A DNA stretch of 63,877 nucleotides, the filler included, from Saprolegnia diclina VS20 (taxonomy: Eukaryota), in assembly GCF_000281045.1 (NCBI RefSeq). It is 7 parts of 2 records of this genome, joined end to end, with 100 filler letters (N's around TTAATTAATTAA, not from the genome) between each part and the next. Parts side by side here need not be neighbours in the genome. Positions count along the whole stretch, not along the records: positions 1 to 11,365 come from NW_008246109.1; positions 11,466 to 18,990 come from NW_008246109.1; 5 more parts are not named here. One strand, written 5' to 3'. Positions within the stretch are counted from its first letter, which is position 1. Every line of letters begins with the position of its first letter. Shown in pieces: positions 1 through 11,925 of this stretch. Both the position numbers and the translations under genes were made by a program. The notes under the pieces were generated by a model that worked only from the letters and a program-made list of their open reading frames with translations, had not been told where the DNA came from and searched no databases.

Positions 1-8
1 GGGCAGCG

Positions 9-1847
9 ATGGAGCGCGGGTCATACTTCCAAGAGTACATGCGGTCCAAAGCGCTAGCCAACCCAAGTGCTGGCAAGCAGGCCGTCGCTGAGACCAAGAA
101 GCTGCTCACAGATCGCGGAGCGTACATCTCGTTCCTTGAAGTCCAGCTCGAGCGCGTCTCGGCGGCGTGCTTGCACACGCAAGGGCTCGAAACACAACTG
201 CACACGATGCATATTGCGCTGGAGGCCGCCGAGGCCAAGATTGGCACGGTGACGAAGCTCCTCAAGCTGCACCAACAGCACTCGGGCGAGATGGTCCAGA
301 GCGCGTCGCAGGACATCAGCACGCTCCAGGACACGATCGAAGGGCTGCGCGAGACCGCGACGATCCATGGTACGCAGCTACGCCGACTCGATGCCCGCCA
401 AAATGAGCTCGACGAAGTCTTGCAGTCCATCGATGCTCGCGGTCGCTCGGATTGCGACAGTCTTCGCATGCACCTCGACACGTCCCGAGAGACAATGGAG
501 CTCCAAGTGCACCGGTATCATACGCTGATGGATGCTCAGCACAACCGATGGTCGTCGCTCCAAGCGTCGCAGCAAGAACTCGCTCGAGAGCTGAGCCTTC
601 TCGAGACGCGGCTTGTCGAGCACACGGACAAGGTTCGTGCCCCTGCACCATCTAAATCTTACGTCTCAATCAACAAACAGCACGTGGCGATGGTGCGTGA
701 CGAGGCGACGGACCAGGGCGCGGCCATGGAAGCGCGCTTCGTGGAAGTCGATGAGAAGCTCAAGCGCAACCGGCAGTCAATCGAGCAATACTGCGCCGTG
801 GAGCTGGCCCGCCACGCCTGCGCCGTCGAGACACGCTTCGAGAGTGTTGAGCAAAAAGAGGTCGTGCTCACGGAACAATTGGCGCGGCATCAAAATCGAG
901 TGCAGCAGCTTCTGCAGCGGCACCAAGAAGACGCGCGGCTTCTGAACACGACACTCCTCTCCCTACAGAACGACATTGAGCGCGTCGAAGCTCGGCATGA
1001 CGCAATGCCTGGAAAAGCAGCAGCCAACGCAGCAACGACTCCAAGTGATGCACGGCTACTGACACTCGAGAAGGACTATGCGATTTGCAGAGAAGGTCTC
1101 GCTTACTTGCGCTCCGTCATGGAACATTTCGAATCCACGCAGCTCCAGCTCGTCGAGGGGTGGAATTCCAAGATGGCGTTGTTGACGTCCCAAGTGCAAT
1201 TCTATATCCGCCATGCCAGCTCATGGGTCTTACTGGATGCTGTAGGTCGAAGGCCATGCGCGCAGCGACACTGTGCAAATCGTACTGTTCTGTCCCAGGC
1301 TGGCTTTAATTTTATTGTGATAAATAGAGCGCTTCGGAAGTGGGCGAGCGACTAGCCGCGCTGGAAGCGACATGGGACCCCGTTGTGCTCCAGAGTTTTG
1401 TCAAGGGCATCGGGCGGGTCCAAAAGTAAGATGCGATTGTTTCTATGGGCAGCCACGAAATCGAGATAGGGTCGAACGCAAGATGCAGCGACTCGTAGAG
1501 AACGTCCAGACACTGTACACACTTGTGGAAATGGTAGCTATGCGTTGGGTCCACTCCCACGACTGTACTATCCGTGTTCTAGACGCTACCGAAACGAGCC
1601 ACCTATGCGTCAGAAATTGAGGACAAACCCGAGCAGCGAGAGTCTCCAAATGAGGTACAGAACACTCTAAAAGCCAACGTTTCTGACGGTTGTTTGGATG
1701 CGCTAGGTGCACGAAAGCTCGCTGCCAAAGAAGAAACCTAGTCCGTCGAAAAAGAGTGCACTCCCCGAGCCAACAGCGTTGTCGTCGCCCACTCGCACCG
1801 TAGAAAAGCCTAGAAAGGCCAGAGTAGCCTCGGTAGTCCGGCACTAA
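9..1847 (+). CDS. Hypothetical coiled-coil protein, multi-exon (may begin upstream of the window)
   Basis: Long L/E/Q-rich heptad-like ORF 9-1355; candidate GT-AG introns (633-680, 1194-1245 and three more) extend the frame to ...ARVASVVRH* (TAA 1845-1847). Confidence 0.6.
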
Positions 1848-2109
1848 TAGCTCACCAAATAGACTAGCAATAGTGTTGCCATGAGGCGCACTAGTAGTCG
1901 ATACATTGCATCTCAAATCAAATCCTGTGCGGGTGCACTAAATCCGGTTAAAAACAAAATATCCGTATGATGATCAAAAGCCAGGTGCTGGAAGTTGCTT
2001 CTTCAAGCGATGAAGTTTCTTCCACGAGACGCACGAACGACCATTTCCATGGCCCACACTCGTTCTAGCATCCTTTTACATTCGATAACTACCGAGATCC
2101 CGAAAGTAC

Positions 2110-2784
2110 ATGTCGTCGAAGCGCACCAAACGAGGTGTCTGTCCATTTGCTGACACGACGGTGTCTCCTGCCGTGGCGGGAGTGTGTCCCTACCACGCCC
2201 ACGCAGCGCTCCCACCGCCCACCATCAAAAAAGAAGTACGCTTCGAATCCAAAAGCGGACGCTACGTCACATCCGAGAAGACGACGCGGCTGCTTGCCGA
2301 CATTGGCGGCGCCGACACGGTGCGCATCTTTTGCACGCGCTTTTACGCGCGCTTCCTTGCCGACACGCACTTGCGGCCGTTTTCGTTCTTGGACGACGGT
2401 GCCGTCATGCACGCGGACCGCCTCGCAACCTTCCTCGTGCAAGAAATGGGCGGCGACGTGCCCGTGCCGTCCCCGTCGTTTGGCGCCGCACACTACAAGG
2501 CGCGCTACTCGTCCAAGCGGCACCCGTCTGTGCGCGGTCGGCCATTTAGCCTCGTGGATGCTCGCATTTGGATGCGCTTGCACTTTTGGGCCGTGCGCGA
2601 GTGCGGTTTGCAGCGCCACCGGGCATTCTGGAAGTGGTACGTGGCGTTCATTGGGCACCACATTCGCCTCTATGAAAAGACGTCGGCGGCGTTTGCCAAG
2701 GACGACGCCGAGTGGTCCTCGGACACGAGCGCTATCGATGCATACCTCGCCAACGGCAACGTCATGACGGACCTCGTCGTGTAG
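2110..2784 (+). CDS. Truncated (2/2) haemoglobin-like globin, group II-like, with N-terminal Cys-Pro repeats
   Basis: Intronless 224 aa; LLADIGGADTVRIFCTRFYARF...LATFLVQEMGG...AAH...RPFSLVDARIWMRLHFWAV resembles the trHbO pattern (GG after A helix, FY at B9-B10, GG after E helix, G8 Trp). Confidence 0.7.
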   Translation: MSSKRTKRGVCPFADTTVSPAVAGVCPYHAHAALPPPTIKKEVRFESKSGRYVTSEKTTRLLADIGGADTVRIFCTRFYARFLADTHLRPFSFLDDGAVMHADRLATFLVQEMGGDVPVPSPSFGAAHYKARYSSKRHPSVRGRPFSLVDARIWMRLHFWAVRECGLQRHRAFWKWYVAFIGHHIRLYEKTSAAFAKDDAEWSSDTSAIDAYLANGNVMTDLVV

Positions 2785-3814
2785 CCAAAGAAACGACGAC
2801 GGTAGTGCAGTAGCCCAATAAAATTGAAAGAAAGTTGATACTTTGTGGTACGCTCCACACGTCACTGCTTGGTATGGCGCCGTCACCGTCACCATCCCCC
2901 AATAGCGCAAGCCTGAAATGATTGCACTACGTACCGCATCTTGTGATCTTGGATTCGAATCTTGGATTTGATAGCCATCGCTCCCAGGGTCGACCATGGA
3001 GCAACGGTCGAGAATTCAGTCGCGTTGAGATAAAGACGCCAACTCTTCCGACCGACATTGCCGTGGTGTGCTACGATGCGTCGTTCCGAGGACGATGCGT
3101 TGTCCTTCATGCATGAAAGCTGTCGGTGACGTCAGGAGCTCCGGCAGCCTCGCGCACTGTGATGTCACCGCAATGCAGGTCATGACGTCAATTTTGAAGC
3201 CGAGAACCATCATTCCTCGTTCGCATGGAAGGGATCTCCGCGGAACTCTGGTCACGGCACCGGTTTTCGCACCCTGTCTTTGCGCTCTACCACACGTGTC
3301 GCGCCTCTTTCTGTCCACTCGGCTGTTTTGTAGTTCCGTCGTGATGACATCACTGCACTGTCCCCGCCGACCACGTCTTGTCTCGCGCCCAGATGCAATG
3401 TCGAGCCACGCTGTGTCAAGAGCCAACTTCGAAAAATAGCACCTATTTCCCGTATATCTAGCACCTGTGAAGAGATGCATTCCGCACCTGATCCTCGGCC
3501 GCTTGGTGCGCTTTCGAGTGGTGGTGTTTGCACCTCAGATCCATTCTCAAAGCTAAATCCACGCAACCTTGGCGCCGATCGTGGCGATGCCAGCGGTGAC
3601 AGTTTCCATGCATCGCCTTGCACATCATTCCAAGTACATCAAATATTTTGTGCATGCTTGTGCACGAGCGGTGTGGCTTGTCCGCCGTGTTGACGGAAAT
3701 GTGTACGTATACATCGGCGTCTAAAGTTGCGTGCACCAAGCCCAATCAAAATAGACAGGCGGCCATTTTAGGGATGGTCGCAGCAGCAACGGGCATTTGC
3801 GAAGACGCGGCCTC

Positions 3815-5170
3815 ATGGTGACAGCAACGCCAACCCACGCGGCCAACGAGAAGCGCAAGCGCCTAGACGCCTACCACACGCTTGAGGACGAGGGCTTCTC
3901 GTACCTCGGCGACAACTCGTACATCCACCACGGCTACCGGCTGCACTACTCGCTCAAGGAGAGCTTCTTCTCGCTCTTTGAGCTCCACAACGAGACGATG
4001 AACGTCTGGACGCACCTCATCGGGTCGATCGTCTTTTGGAGCCTCCTCATATCCGTGTGCCTCCAGGTTGAGGTCGACCGCGCGCCAGTGCTGCACCCGC
4101 ATGCAGCTACGGTCTCGAGTTTGCCTTTTCTGCACGGTGGGCAGCACACGCAGAGACTCTTCACAGCGCAGACGGCACCGTCCAGCAGCGAACGTCTCGT
4201 TATGGAGAGTCTGAGCTTGAACGGGTCGCCGCGCGAGTGCATCGAAGCTGCGAGCGGGCTCCTATTTGCCGAGAGCACGTTTACGACGCTGTCGACGCTA
4301 ACCCACGACGACGCCAACCACATTGCGCAGCTGCAGCGGGACATGCGCCTTCTCGAGCACGAGCTTCTCGAGCTCATGGAGCATGCGTGGGTCAACCGCC
4401 ACCTCTCGGTGAACTTGCTCGCGCTCCAGCATAGCCTCTCGGACCGGATCCACAAGCTCCAATCGCACTTGTCGCCAAGCGTGCACCGGTCGCTGCTCCA
4501 AGGCTTGAATCACTTGGACGAAGCCCTCGGTCACCTCGAGAACGAGCTCGGACATCAAGTGCCAACGTGGCCCATGGCGGTCTTTATCGCGAGTGCGATC
4601 GTGTGCCTCTCGTGCTCGGCAACGTTCCACTTGCTCTACGTCGTGAACCGGCAAATTTACTTTTTCCTCAGCCGCATGGACTACGCCGGCATCGCGGTCC
4701 TCATTGCCGGGTCGTTCTACCCGCTCATTTACTACTCGTTCTACTGCCACCCGCTGCTTCGGACCTTTTACCTCACGACCATCTCGGTGCTCGCGGGCGC
4801 CACCTTTGCCATGTCGCTCATCCCCAAGTTCAGCACGCTCGAGTACCTCTACATCCGGACGTGTATCTTTATCGGGCTCGGACTCTTTGGCGTCATCCCG
4901 GTCACGCACCTCTGCCTCATGTTTGGCGTCTACGACGAGCACGTGACGGTCGTCCTCGGGCCGCTCCTGCTCATGGCCTTTCTCTACATTTTTGGCGCCT
5001 TCATTTACTCGATTCGGTTCCCCGAGCGCTTGTACCCCGGTGGCTTTGACGTCTGGGGCGGGTCGCACCAAGTGTGGCATTGCTTTGTCGTCGCCGCGGC
5101 CCTCGTGCACTACTTTAACGTCACCCAGCAATACGAGTGGCGCTGGAACAACACCTGCCCCGCGCCGTAG
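3815..5170 (+). CDS. PAQR / adiponectin-receptor-like (HlyIII family) heptahelical membrane protein
   Basis: Motifs NSYIHHGYR, HNETMNVWTHLIG, SATFH, MDYAGIA, FPERLYPGGFDVWGGSHQVWH; long insert after TM1. Confidence 0.92.
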   Translation: MVTATPTHAANEKRKRLDAYHTLEDEGFSYLGDNSYIHHGYRLHYSLKESFFSLFELHNETMNVWTHLIGSIVFWSLLISVCLQVEVDRAPVLHPHAATVSSLPFLHGGQHTQRLFTAQTAPSSSERLVMESLSLNGSPRECIEAASGLLFAESTFTTLSTLTHDDANHIAQLQRDMRLLEHELLELMEHAWVNRHLSVNLLALQHSLSDRIHKLQSHLSPSVHRSLLQGLNHLDEALGHLENELGHQVPTWPMAVFIASAIVCLSCSATFHLLYVVNRQIYFFLSRMDYAGIAVLIAGSFYPLIYYSFYCHPLLRTFYLTTISVLAGATFAMSLIPKFSTLEYLYIRTCIFIGLGLFGVIPVTHLCLMFGVYDEHVTVVLGPLLLMAFLYIFGAFIYSIRFPERLYPGGFDVWGGSHQVWHCFVVAAALVHYFNVTQQYEWRWNNTCPAP

Positions 5171-5352
5171 TACAACCTACGGACGCGTATGGATATTTCA
5201 ACATACCTTTTGCACATTGTATTGTTCCTAGTGTCGACAACAGTGGCGCTGTCTTCTTCTCAAGCTACATGAGGACGTCACGATGACGCGCCCGCTTGCA
5301 GCACGAGCTGCGGTGACACTTCGAAAGAGTACAACAACACATAGGACGAATT

Positions 5353-6292
5353 TTAGTTGGCTGCAGGCGCGATGCGTGCGTAGATGCTATCCAGCGGCAG
5401 CGCCTTGCGCTGGGTACTCTTGGCTTGCCACAGCACCGTCTTGAGCTTCTGGTAGGCTTTGTGAAGGATGTAGAGCGAGAGGATCGACACGAGGAACTTG
5501 ACGACGCGGACGCGGCGAAGGCGGCTCTTGATCTCTTCGTCCGTCTCGGGCGGCTCGCCTGCATTCGCATGCGTCATGACTTCACGTGGAGATGAGAATG
5601 TACCGTAGCGGGGGTGGCCCGGCGGGAACGGCGGTCGCGGCGCCAGCATCGCGACCGCGCTAGTGCACATGAAGGCCATGCGCTCCATGAAATGCACGAA
5701 ATTGCCGAAACAAAAGTTGAGTGCTTCGGCGTTCATGCCGAGGAGCTAGCGCAGCGTCAAGCACAGTACAGTACGAAGACAAGGAAGGGTGTACCTGTGT
5801 GATTTGCCCGATCGCGCCGACCGTTTGGTTGAAGCTCGCGAGCCAGCCGAGGCTGCCGTTAGGGTCCATCATCGGGTTGCCACCGTACATACCGCCGCCG
5901 CCGCCGTACATGCTGCTGCCGTACATACCCCCGCCGTAGCCTCCATAGGAGGAGCCGTACCCGCCGCCGTACGATCCCATACCGCCGTACGAGCTCATGC
6001 TGCCGCCGTAGCCGCCCATGCTAGCGCCCATGCCAGCGCCGTAGCCACCGCCGTAGCGATTGCCGTACGCGCTACCGCCGTAGGCCGCGTTCATCGAGTT
6101 GGCCATCGACGGATCGCTGGCGTCGGTCATGGCTTGGGTCGCCGGCGTCGTGATGGTCGTGCTCCTCGACGGTGCTACGGTCGAGGGGCGCGCAGCCGCC
6201 GAGGAAGCGGGGGAGGAGGCCGTCGTCGTCACTGCGGGCGACGGTCGGGCAGTGTTGGTGGCCGACTCCCAAGGCTTCTTCGGGAAGCTCAT
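5353..6292 (-). CDS. PEX13: Peroxisomal membrane docking protein PEX13 (SH3-less, plant-like form)
   Basis: N-terminal PKKPWE motif, long YG/GG-rich tract, intron 5746-5794 joining ITQ to LLGMNAEALNFCFG, C-terminal hydrophobic segment. Confidence 0.8.
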
Positions 6293-6991
6293 CTTGTGCT
6301 GTTTCGTAAGCAACAGCAAGCCTTTTTGACGCTCCACGAGCTATTTTACCGCCCAAGAATGGGTTAAAGTCCATTGAAGTTGGGTGATTACGCGCCATAG
6401 GAATTAACAAGCGGCGATCCCAACCGATAGCACGCGTCTATATGTCTTTCTTGCAGTCCTTTCGACACACGATTGCATAATGGCGTGCTTCGCGGTTAAT
6501 GTGCAAATCAAGCGAACCCTAGCACTGGACTTGCCACAGCTCTCTCGCGTCCTCTCAAAGAGCATCTTGTGGGCCTCAGCACACCTCTCCGCGACGCCCC
6601 ATCGAGATGCATGATGGAGGAAAGCTTGGCTTGAGAAGAATGCATCGGCCACTTGAACTCGCAACTTCAATTCTGCAAGCCTGTGCAAGCCCACTCTTCC
6701 TGGCGACGTTCGCGCTGGTATCGCACTGTGTTGGCGAAGGTTCCAACTTGTATGTACTAATATGCCAACGCTCGCCCCGTTGCATGCGCTGGTTTCCGCC
6801 ATCTACGATCTGAGAGAGCTATCTGAGAGAGCAACTTGAGTAGGAGGAAGAGGCATTGAAGTTGGTACGAGGTAAAACGCGCGTCAAACCTTTTAACGTG
6901 CCTGTATGAAATGATATGAGCAAAATATGATATTCCAAAGGGTATGATAACGGTACTATTTGGTTGGCCAAAACTAGATCCAAGCAGCAGC

Positions 6992-8369
6992 ATGATCAGC
7001 AGCGAGTCGAGCGACTCCGAGGTCGAGCAGGTCGCGCGCCGGGCCGCGGACGTGCATGCCACCAAGGCGCCGAGCGCCAAGCGCGCGCGAGCTTCGTCCG
7101 ATGCGGATGAGAAGTCGCGCGAAGAGATCCTCGCCGAGCGCCAAGCCCGCCGCAAGCAGAAGCGCGTCGATAAGCAAGCGGCCAAGGCGGTCGAGCGCGA
7201 ACAGGAAGCCGAGCGGCTCAAGGAAGAGCGCCGGACGTTGGGCCGCCGCTTCACCGTTTCGATCGCGGTGCCCGGCTCGATCGTCGACAACGCGCAGACG
7301 AAGGAGCTCAAGACGTACCTCGCCGGCCAGATTGCGCGCGCGGCCGCCATCTTCCAGGTCGACGAGGTCATTGTGTTTGACGACCAGCTCGGAAAGGCAG
7401 CGAACGACAAGGATGTGACAAAGAAATACAACAACCCGAACGACTGCCACGTCTTCCTCGGGCGCATCCTCCAGTACCTCGAGACGCCGCAGTACCTCCG
7501 GAAGGCGCTCTTCCCGGTGCACTCGGACCTCAAGTACGCCGGCTTGCTCAACCCGCTCGATTGCCCCCATCATATGCGCGGCGACGAGTGGACGGCGTAC
7601 CGCGAAGGCGTCGTTGTCGACGTGCCCGGCAAGGAAAAGCGTGGGTCCCATGTCAACGTCGGCCTCAAGAAGTTTGCCGTCATCGACAAGCATCTCCAGC
7701 CCGGTGTCCGTGTGACCGTCAAGCTCGACGAGACTTCCAAGGACAAGAAGAAGTGTACGTTCTTGTCTCTATCAACAAATTTGGACTCATGACGACCAGT
7801 GGCCGGGACGGTCGTGTCGCCTGCCGAGCCGCGCGAACAGCTCGGCGAGTACTGGGGCTACACCATGCGTCTTGCCACGTCGCTCAAGGAAGTGTGGACC
7901 GAGAGTCCGTACAAGGTCGTCATTCATCAACGTTTTATTCGTGTATCGCTCACATAAGTCGCACTGTAGAAGGGCTACGATCTCAAGATTGGTACGTCCG
8001 AACGCGGTACGAGCTGCGTCGACGACAAGGACTTCAAGCTCCCGCCCTTTGAGTACAACGTCGTGCCTGCAGTGAGCCTGTGTTGATACATAGCGTCGTG
8101 TAGGCACGTGCTCATTGTGTTTGGCGGTGTCTCGGGTATCGAAGAGTGCACGAGCGCCGACGAGTCGATCGCGATCAACGGCGACCAAGCGCACACGCTC
8201 TTCGACATGTGGGTCAACACGTGTCCGCAGCAAGGCAGTCGCACGATCCGCTCCGAGGTACGCTGGCGTTTATGACAGTGAATTTACGCGGTCCGGCGTT
8301 GTGTAGGAGGCCATCCTGATTTCCATGTCGGCTCTGCGCTCGCACCTCATGAGCAACCAAATGCCATAG
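6992..8369 (+). CDS. SPOUT1: SPOUT-domain RNA methyltransferase (C9orf114/SPOUT1/CENP-32 family), multi-exon
   Basis: TVSIAVPGSIVDNAQT, GQIARAAAIFQVDEV, QYLETPQYLRK, GLLNPLDCPHH, YWGY, GTSERG, VFGGVSGIE, NTCPQQGSRTIRSEEAI across short introns. Confidence 0.93.
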
Positions 8370-8470
8370 ATAACCACCCTACAAATATGCTTTGTGCTTC
8401 TTCGATTGCAATGGTCGACACGGATTCAAAGCGGCACCAACGCGATATCTCTCAAGGAGCTCTCTCGTCG

Positions 8471-8636
8471 GTTCTCGAACGTCCTACAAGAATCATCCAA
8501 TTATCAAGTTATCGAGTCGCAACGGCCGCATCCGGATAACGCGACGTCGGCATACAAACATCAAGACATTTGGCTTTCGAGAAATTCGATTCGGAACCAG
8601 GCATACAAAGTCCAAGATACGCGCGGGTTCCAGAAC
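8471..8636 (+). promoter_or_regulatory. Heat-shock-element-like dyads upstream of HSP70
   Basis: TTCnnGAA units: GTTCTCGAAC 8471-8480, TTCGAGAA 8576-8583, GTTCCAGAAC 8627-8636. Confidence 0.55.
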
Positions 8637-8680
8637 GTGCCATCGAGTGTCAACTCACGTGAGCTCGCTACGGATGAAGC

Positions 8681-8700
8681 CACTCACATTGCAATTTGCA
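8681..8700 (+). promoter_or_regulatory. Oomycete INR/FPR core promoter element of HSP70
   Basis: CACTCACATTGCAATTTGCA 35-55 bp before the ATG; contains an FPR-like AATTTGC. Confidence 0.5.
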
Positions 8701-8734
8701 GCCTCTTCTCACTACTACCACAGCAAACACCACC

Positions 8735-10645
8735 ATGACGACGACCTACAGCGTGGGCATTGACCTCGGCACGACGTACTCGTGCGTCGGCGTGTGGCAG
8801 AACGACCGCGTCGAAATCATCGCCAACGACCAAGGCAACCGCACGACGCCGTCGTACGTGGCGTTCACCGACACGGAGCGCCTCATTGGTGACGCGGCCA
8901 AGAACCAAGTGGCCATGAACGCGACCAACACGGTGTTTGACGCCAAGCGCCTCATCGGGCGCAAGTTCCACGATGCGGTTGTCCAAGCCGACATCAAGCA
9001 CTGGCCCTTCAAGGTGACGTCGGGCGCCGCGGACAAGCCGCAGATCACAGTTCAGTTCAAGGGCGAGTCCAAGACGTTCCAGCCCGAAGAGATTTCGTCC
9101 ATGGTCTTGATCAAAATGAAGGAGATTTCGGAGGCGTACCTCGGCGGACCCGTTGCCAACGCCGTCATCACGGTGCCGGCCTACTTTAACGACTCGCAGC
9201 GCCAGGCCACCAAGGACGCTGGTGCCATTGCCGGTCTCAACGTGCTGCGCATCATCAACGAGCCGACGGCGGCGGCCATCGCGTACGGTCTCGACAAGAA
9301 GGGCGGCGAGCGCAACGTGCTCATCTTTGACCTTGGCGGCGGCACCTTTGACGTGTCGCTCTTGACCATCGAGGAAGGCATCTTTGAGGTCAAGGCGACA
9401 GCCGGCGACACGCACCTCGGCGGCGAAGACTTTGACAACCGCCTCGTGGACCACTTCACGGCCGAGTTTAAGCGCAAGCACCGCAAGGACATGACGCAGA
9501 ACCAGCGTGCGCTGCGCCGTCTGCGCACGGCCTGCGAGCGCGCCAAGCGGACGCTGTCGTCGTCGGCGCAGGCCTACATTGAAATCGACTCGCTCTTTGA
9601 CGGCGTCGACTTCAACTCGACCATCACGCGCGCGCGCTTTGAGGATCTCTGCGCCGACTACTTCCGCAAGACGATGGAACCGGTCGAGAAGGTGCTCAAG
9701 GACGCCAAGCTTTCCAAGTCCCAGGTCCACGAAGTCGTCCTCGTCGGCGGCTCGACGCGCATCCCCAAGGTGCAGCAGCTCCTCTCTGAGTTTTTCAACG
9801 GCAAGGAACCGTGCAAGTCGATCAACCCGGACGAAGCCGTGGCGTTTGGCGCGACTGTGCAGGCCGCGATTCTCAGCGGCGACACCCAGTCGGCCAAGCT
9901 GCAGGACCTTTTGTTGCTCGACGTGGCGCCGCTCTCGCTCGGCCTCGAGACGGCCGGCGGTGTCATGACGACGCTCATTGCGCGCAACACGACGGTGCCC
10001 ACGAAGAAGTCGCAGACGTTTTCGACGTACGCCGACAACCAGCCCGGCGTGCTCATCCAGGTGTACGAGGGCGAGCGCAGCATGACGGCCGACAACCACC
10101 TCCTCGGCAAGTTTAGCCTCGATGGCATCCCGCCGATGCCGCGCGGTGTACCGCAGGTGGACGTGACGTTTGACATTGACGCCAACGGCATCCTCAACGT
10201 CTCGGCGGTCGAAAAGTCGACGGGCAAGGAAAACAAGATTACGATCACGAACGACAAGGGCCGCCTCTCCAAGGACGACATTGACCGCATGGTGCAAGAG
10301 GCCGAGAAGTACAAGGCCCAGGACGAAGCCCACAAGGTGCGCGTCGAGGCCAAGAACGCGCTCGAGAACTACGCGTACAGCCTCCGCAACACGCTCAACG
10401 ACGAAAAGGTCAAGATCGACGTGAACGACAAGAAGCGTCTGGACGACATGGTGTCGGACACGATCAACTGGCTCGACCACAACACGCACGCGGAGAAGGA
10501 GGAGTTTGAAGCCAAGCAGAAGGAGCTCGAGGCAGTCGCCAACCCCATTATGCAAAAGATGTACGCCGGCGGTGTCCCCGACGGCGGTGCGGCGCCGCCG
10601 ACTGGCAGCACCACGCACGGCCCAACGATCGAGGAGGTCGACTAG
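8735..10645 (+). CDS. HSP70: Cytosolic heat shock protein 70, intronless
   Basis: [37 protein letters not shown] signatures; C-terminal GPTIEEVD. Confidence 0.99.
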   Translation: MTTTYSVGIDLGTTYSCVGVWQNDRVEIIANDQGNRTTPSYVAFTDTERLIGDAAKNQVAMNATNTVFDAKRLIGRKFHDAVVQADIKHWPFKVTSGAADKPQITVQFKGESKTFQPEEISSMVLIKMKEISEAYLGGPVANAVITVPAYFNDSQRQATKDAGAIAGLNVLRIINEPTAAAIAYGLDKKGGERNVLIFDLGGGTFDVSLLTIEEGIFEVKATAGDTHLGGEDFDNRLVDHFTAEFKRKHRKDMTQNQRALRRLRTACERAKRTLSSSAQAYIEIDSLFDGVDFNSTITRARFEDLCADYFRKTMEPVEKVLKDAKLSKSQVHEVVLVGGSTRIPKVQQLLSEFFNGKEPCKSINPDEAVAFGATVQAAILSGDTQSAKLQDLLLLDVAPLSLGLETAGGVMTTLIARNTTVPTKKSQTFSTYADNQPGVLIQVYEGERSMTADNHLLGKFSLDGIPPMPRGVPQVDVTFDIDANGILNVSAVEKSTGKENKITITNDKGRLSKDDIDRMVQEAEKYKAQDEAHKVRVEAKNALENYAYSLRNTLNDEKVKIDVNDKKRLDDMVSDTINWLDHNTHAEKEEFEAKQKELEAVANPIMQKMYAGGVPDGGAAPPTGSTTHGPTIEEVD

Positions 10646-11365
10646 GAAGCTATGCTACCGCGATACATGTTTGCTGACAATTTATATATTCGACAAGTTG
10701 TATTTCATATGCTGTTCTTCACTACAATAATATACTCATCAGTTGAACTAAGGGGATCAGTCAAATTAGCAAGCGTTCCACATAGGAGCAATGGAATACC
10801 TTTGCAGACACCGCGAGTGAAATCAACATACCGACACAGGAGCCATCGTCGCCAGATCGGATCCCATGCCGGATCCGCGGATCTGTGTCGATACGAAGCG
10901 CGACCCGCAGCACCTCACGGCTCCATGCACAAGTAGATGTGATGACTGGCTTTGAACGCATGTGTGGTCGCATCGAATCTGAAGAATGAGAATGTCGCTA
11001 CATCGTACTTGAAGTGGTCAGCCATGCCTCGGTACCTGAAAGATGTCAAAGTGCTTCCTCGGAGCTCATCCTAAAGTGTGAAAGATGGCATCCTTGGTGA
11101 GATCCCCACCTGGCGAGGCACTGGCGAATCAGATTCCAACTCAGGTCTGGAACGTGCAACCCATCGTCGCACGGTCGTAAAAGACTCGTTCTTGTATGCA
11201 CGCTATTGTACCAACTGGCTGTTCCAGCGCATAGCAGAGGCTCTTGCAGTCGTGTTGTAATATCTAGAGATTGTTGCGAGAGATGCCGCCCAACATACGG
11301 GGCAGGTCTTGACGATCCTCAAGCTCTATCCATTCTTCGTTTTGCCATGCAACGCGCAGTCCTTT

Positions 11366-11465
11366 NNNNNNNNNNNNNNNNNNNNNNNNNNNNNNNNNNN
11401 NNNNNNNNNTTAATTAATTAANNNNNNNNNNNNNNNNNNNNNNNNNNNNNNNNNNNNNNNNNNNN
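11366..11465. other. Artificial scaffold-joining linker
   Basis: 44 N + TTAATTAATTAA (stops in all six frames) + 44 N; identical structure recurs six times. Confidence 0.97.
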
Positions 11466-11527
11466 CCCAACACATGGGTAAATCCCACGCTTTTCAGATC
11501 TTTTGTCAATTAACGCAGAACATGTCT

Positions 11528-11925
11528 GTACATCGCATGTAGTACCTGCGCGCCGTACGTTTCGAAGTGCTCATTGTCCGATAAAGTCCTCGGCTACACA
11601 ATAATACGTTATAACCAAAGCTAATACTAGCATTACTGGTTGCCCTCTTCATCACAGCTCACTGCACTGCATGCAGACGTGATTACTCGACAGATAGCAA
11701 CGCGCAGTCCTGGCAAGAGTATGCCAGCCGTACGGTTGCACACGCCACAGCTATACAGCCCTACCCCTTTTGGTCCATTCCGCCCTTGGTGTTGCTGCCT
11801 GTGTCCTGGAAAGTGCAGCCCTGAAACACACAAGATACAACGATTCATTTTTCAATTCCCTCTCTCTCAATCCCATCACGATGAAGCTCTTTGTGCCCGC
11901 CGGTCTCGTCGCCTTTGCTGCGACG
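11528..11925 (+). repeat. Duplicate of the lectin promoter plus first 15 codons (MKLFVPAGLVAFAAT from ATG 11881); paralogue or allele cut by an N gap
   Basis: Near-identical to ~12917-13315 with scattered substitutions; followed by the 100-N gap 11926-12025. Confidence 0.85.

Noticed and set aside
2820..3550. Possible small multi-exon gene on the minus strand
   Set aside because: No consistent spliced frame or recognisable domain could be built
4298..5131. Long antisense and alternative-frame ORFs (also 13355-14398, 27705-28913, 42552-43760, 62406-63326)
   Set aside because: Shadow ORFs expected from GC3-rich coding sequence; no recognisable protein motifs
5880..6090. GCCGCCGTA-type repeat tract resembling a tandem array
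   Set aside because: Encodes the Gly/Tyr-rich region of PEX13; no spacer-repeat architecture, so not CRISPR-like
11410..11421. Recurring TTAATTAATTAA palindrome (six times)
   Set aside because: Always centred in exactly 44+44 Ns: a concatenation spacer, not biology; neighbourhoods across it are meaningless
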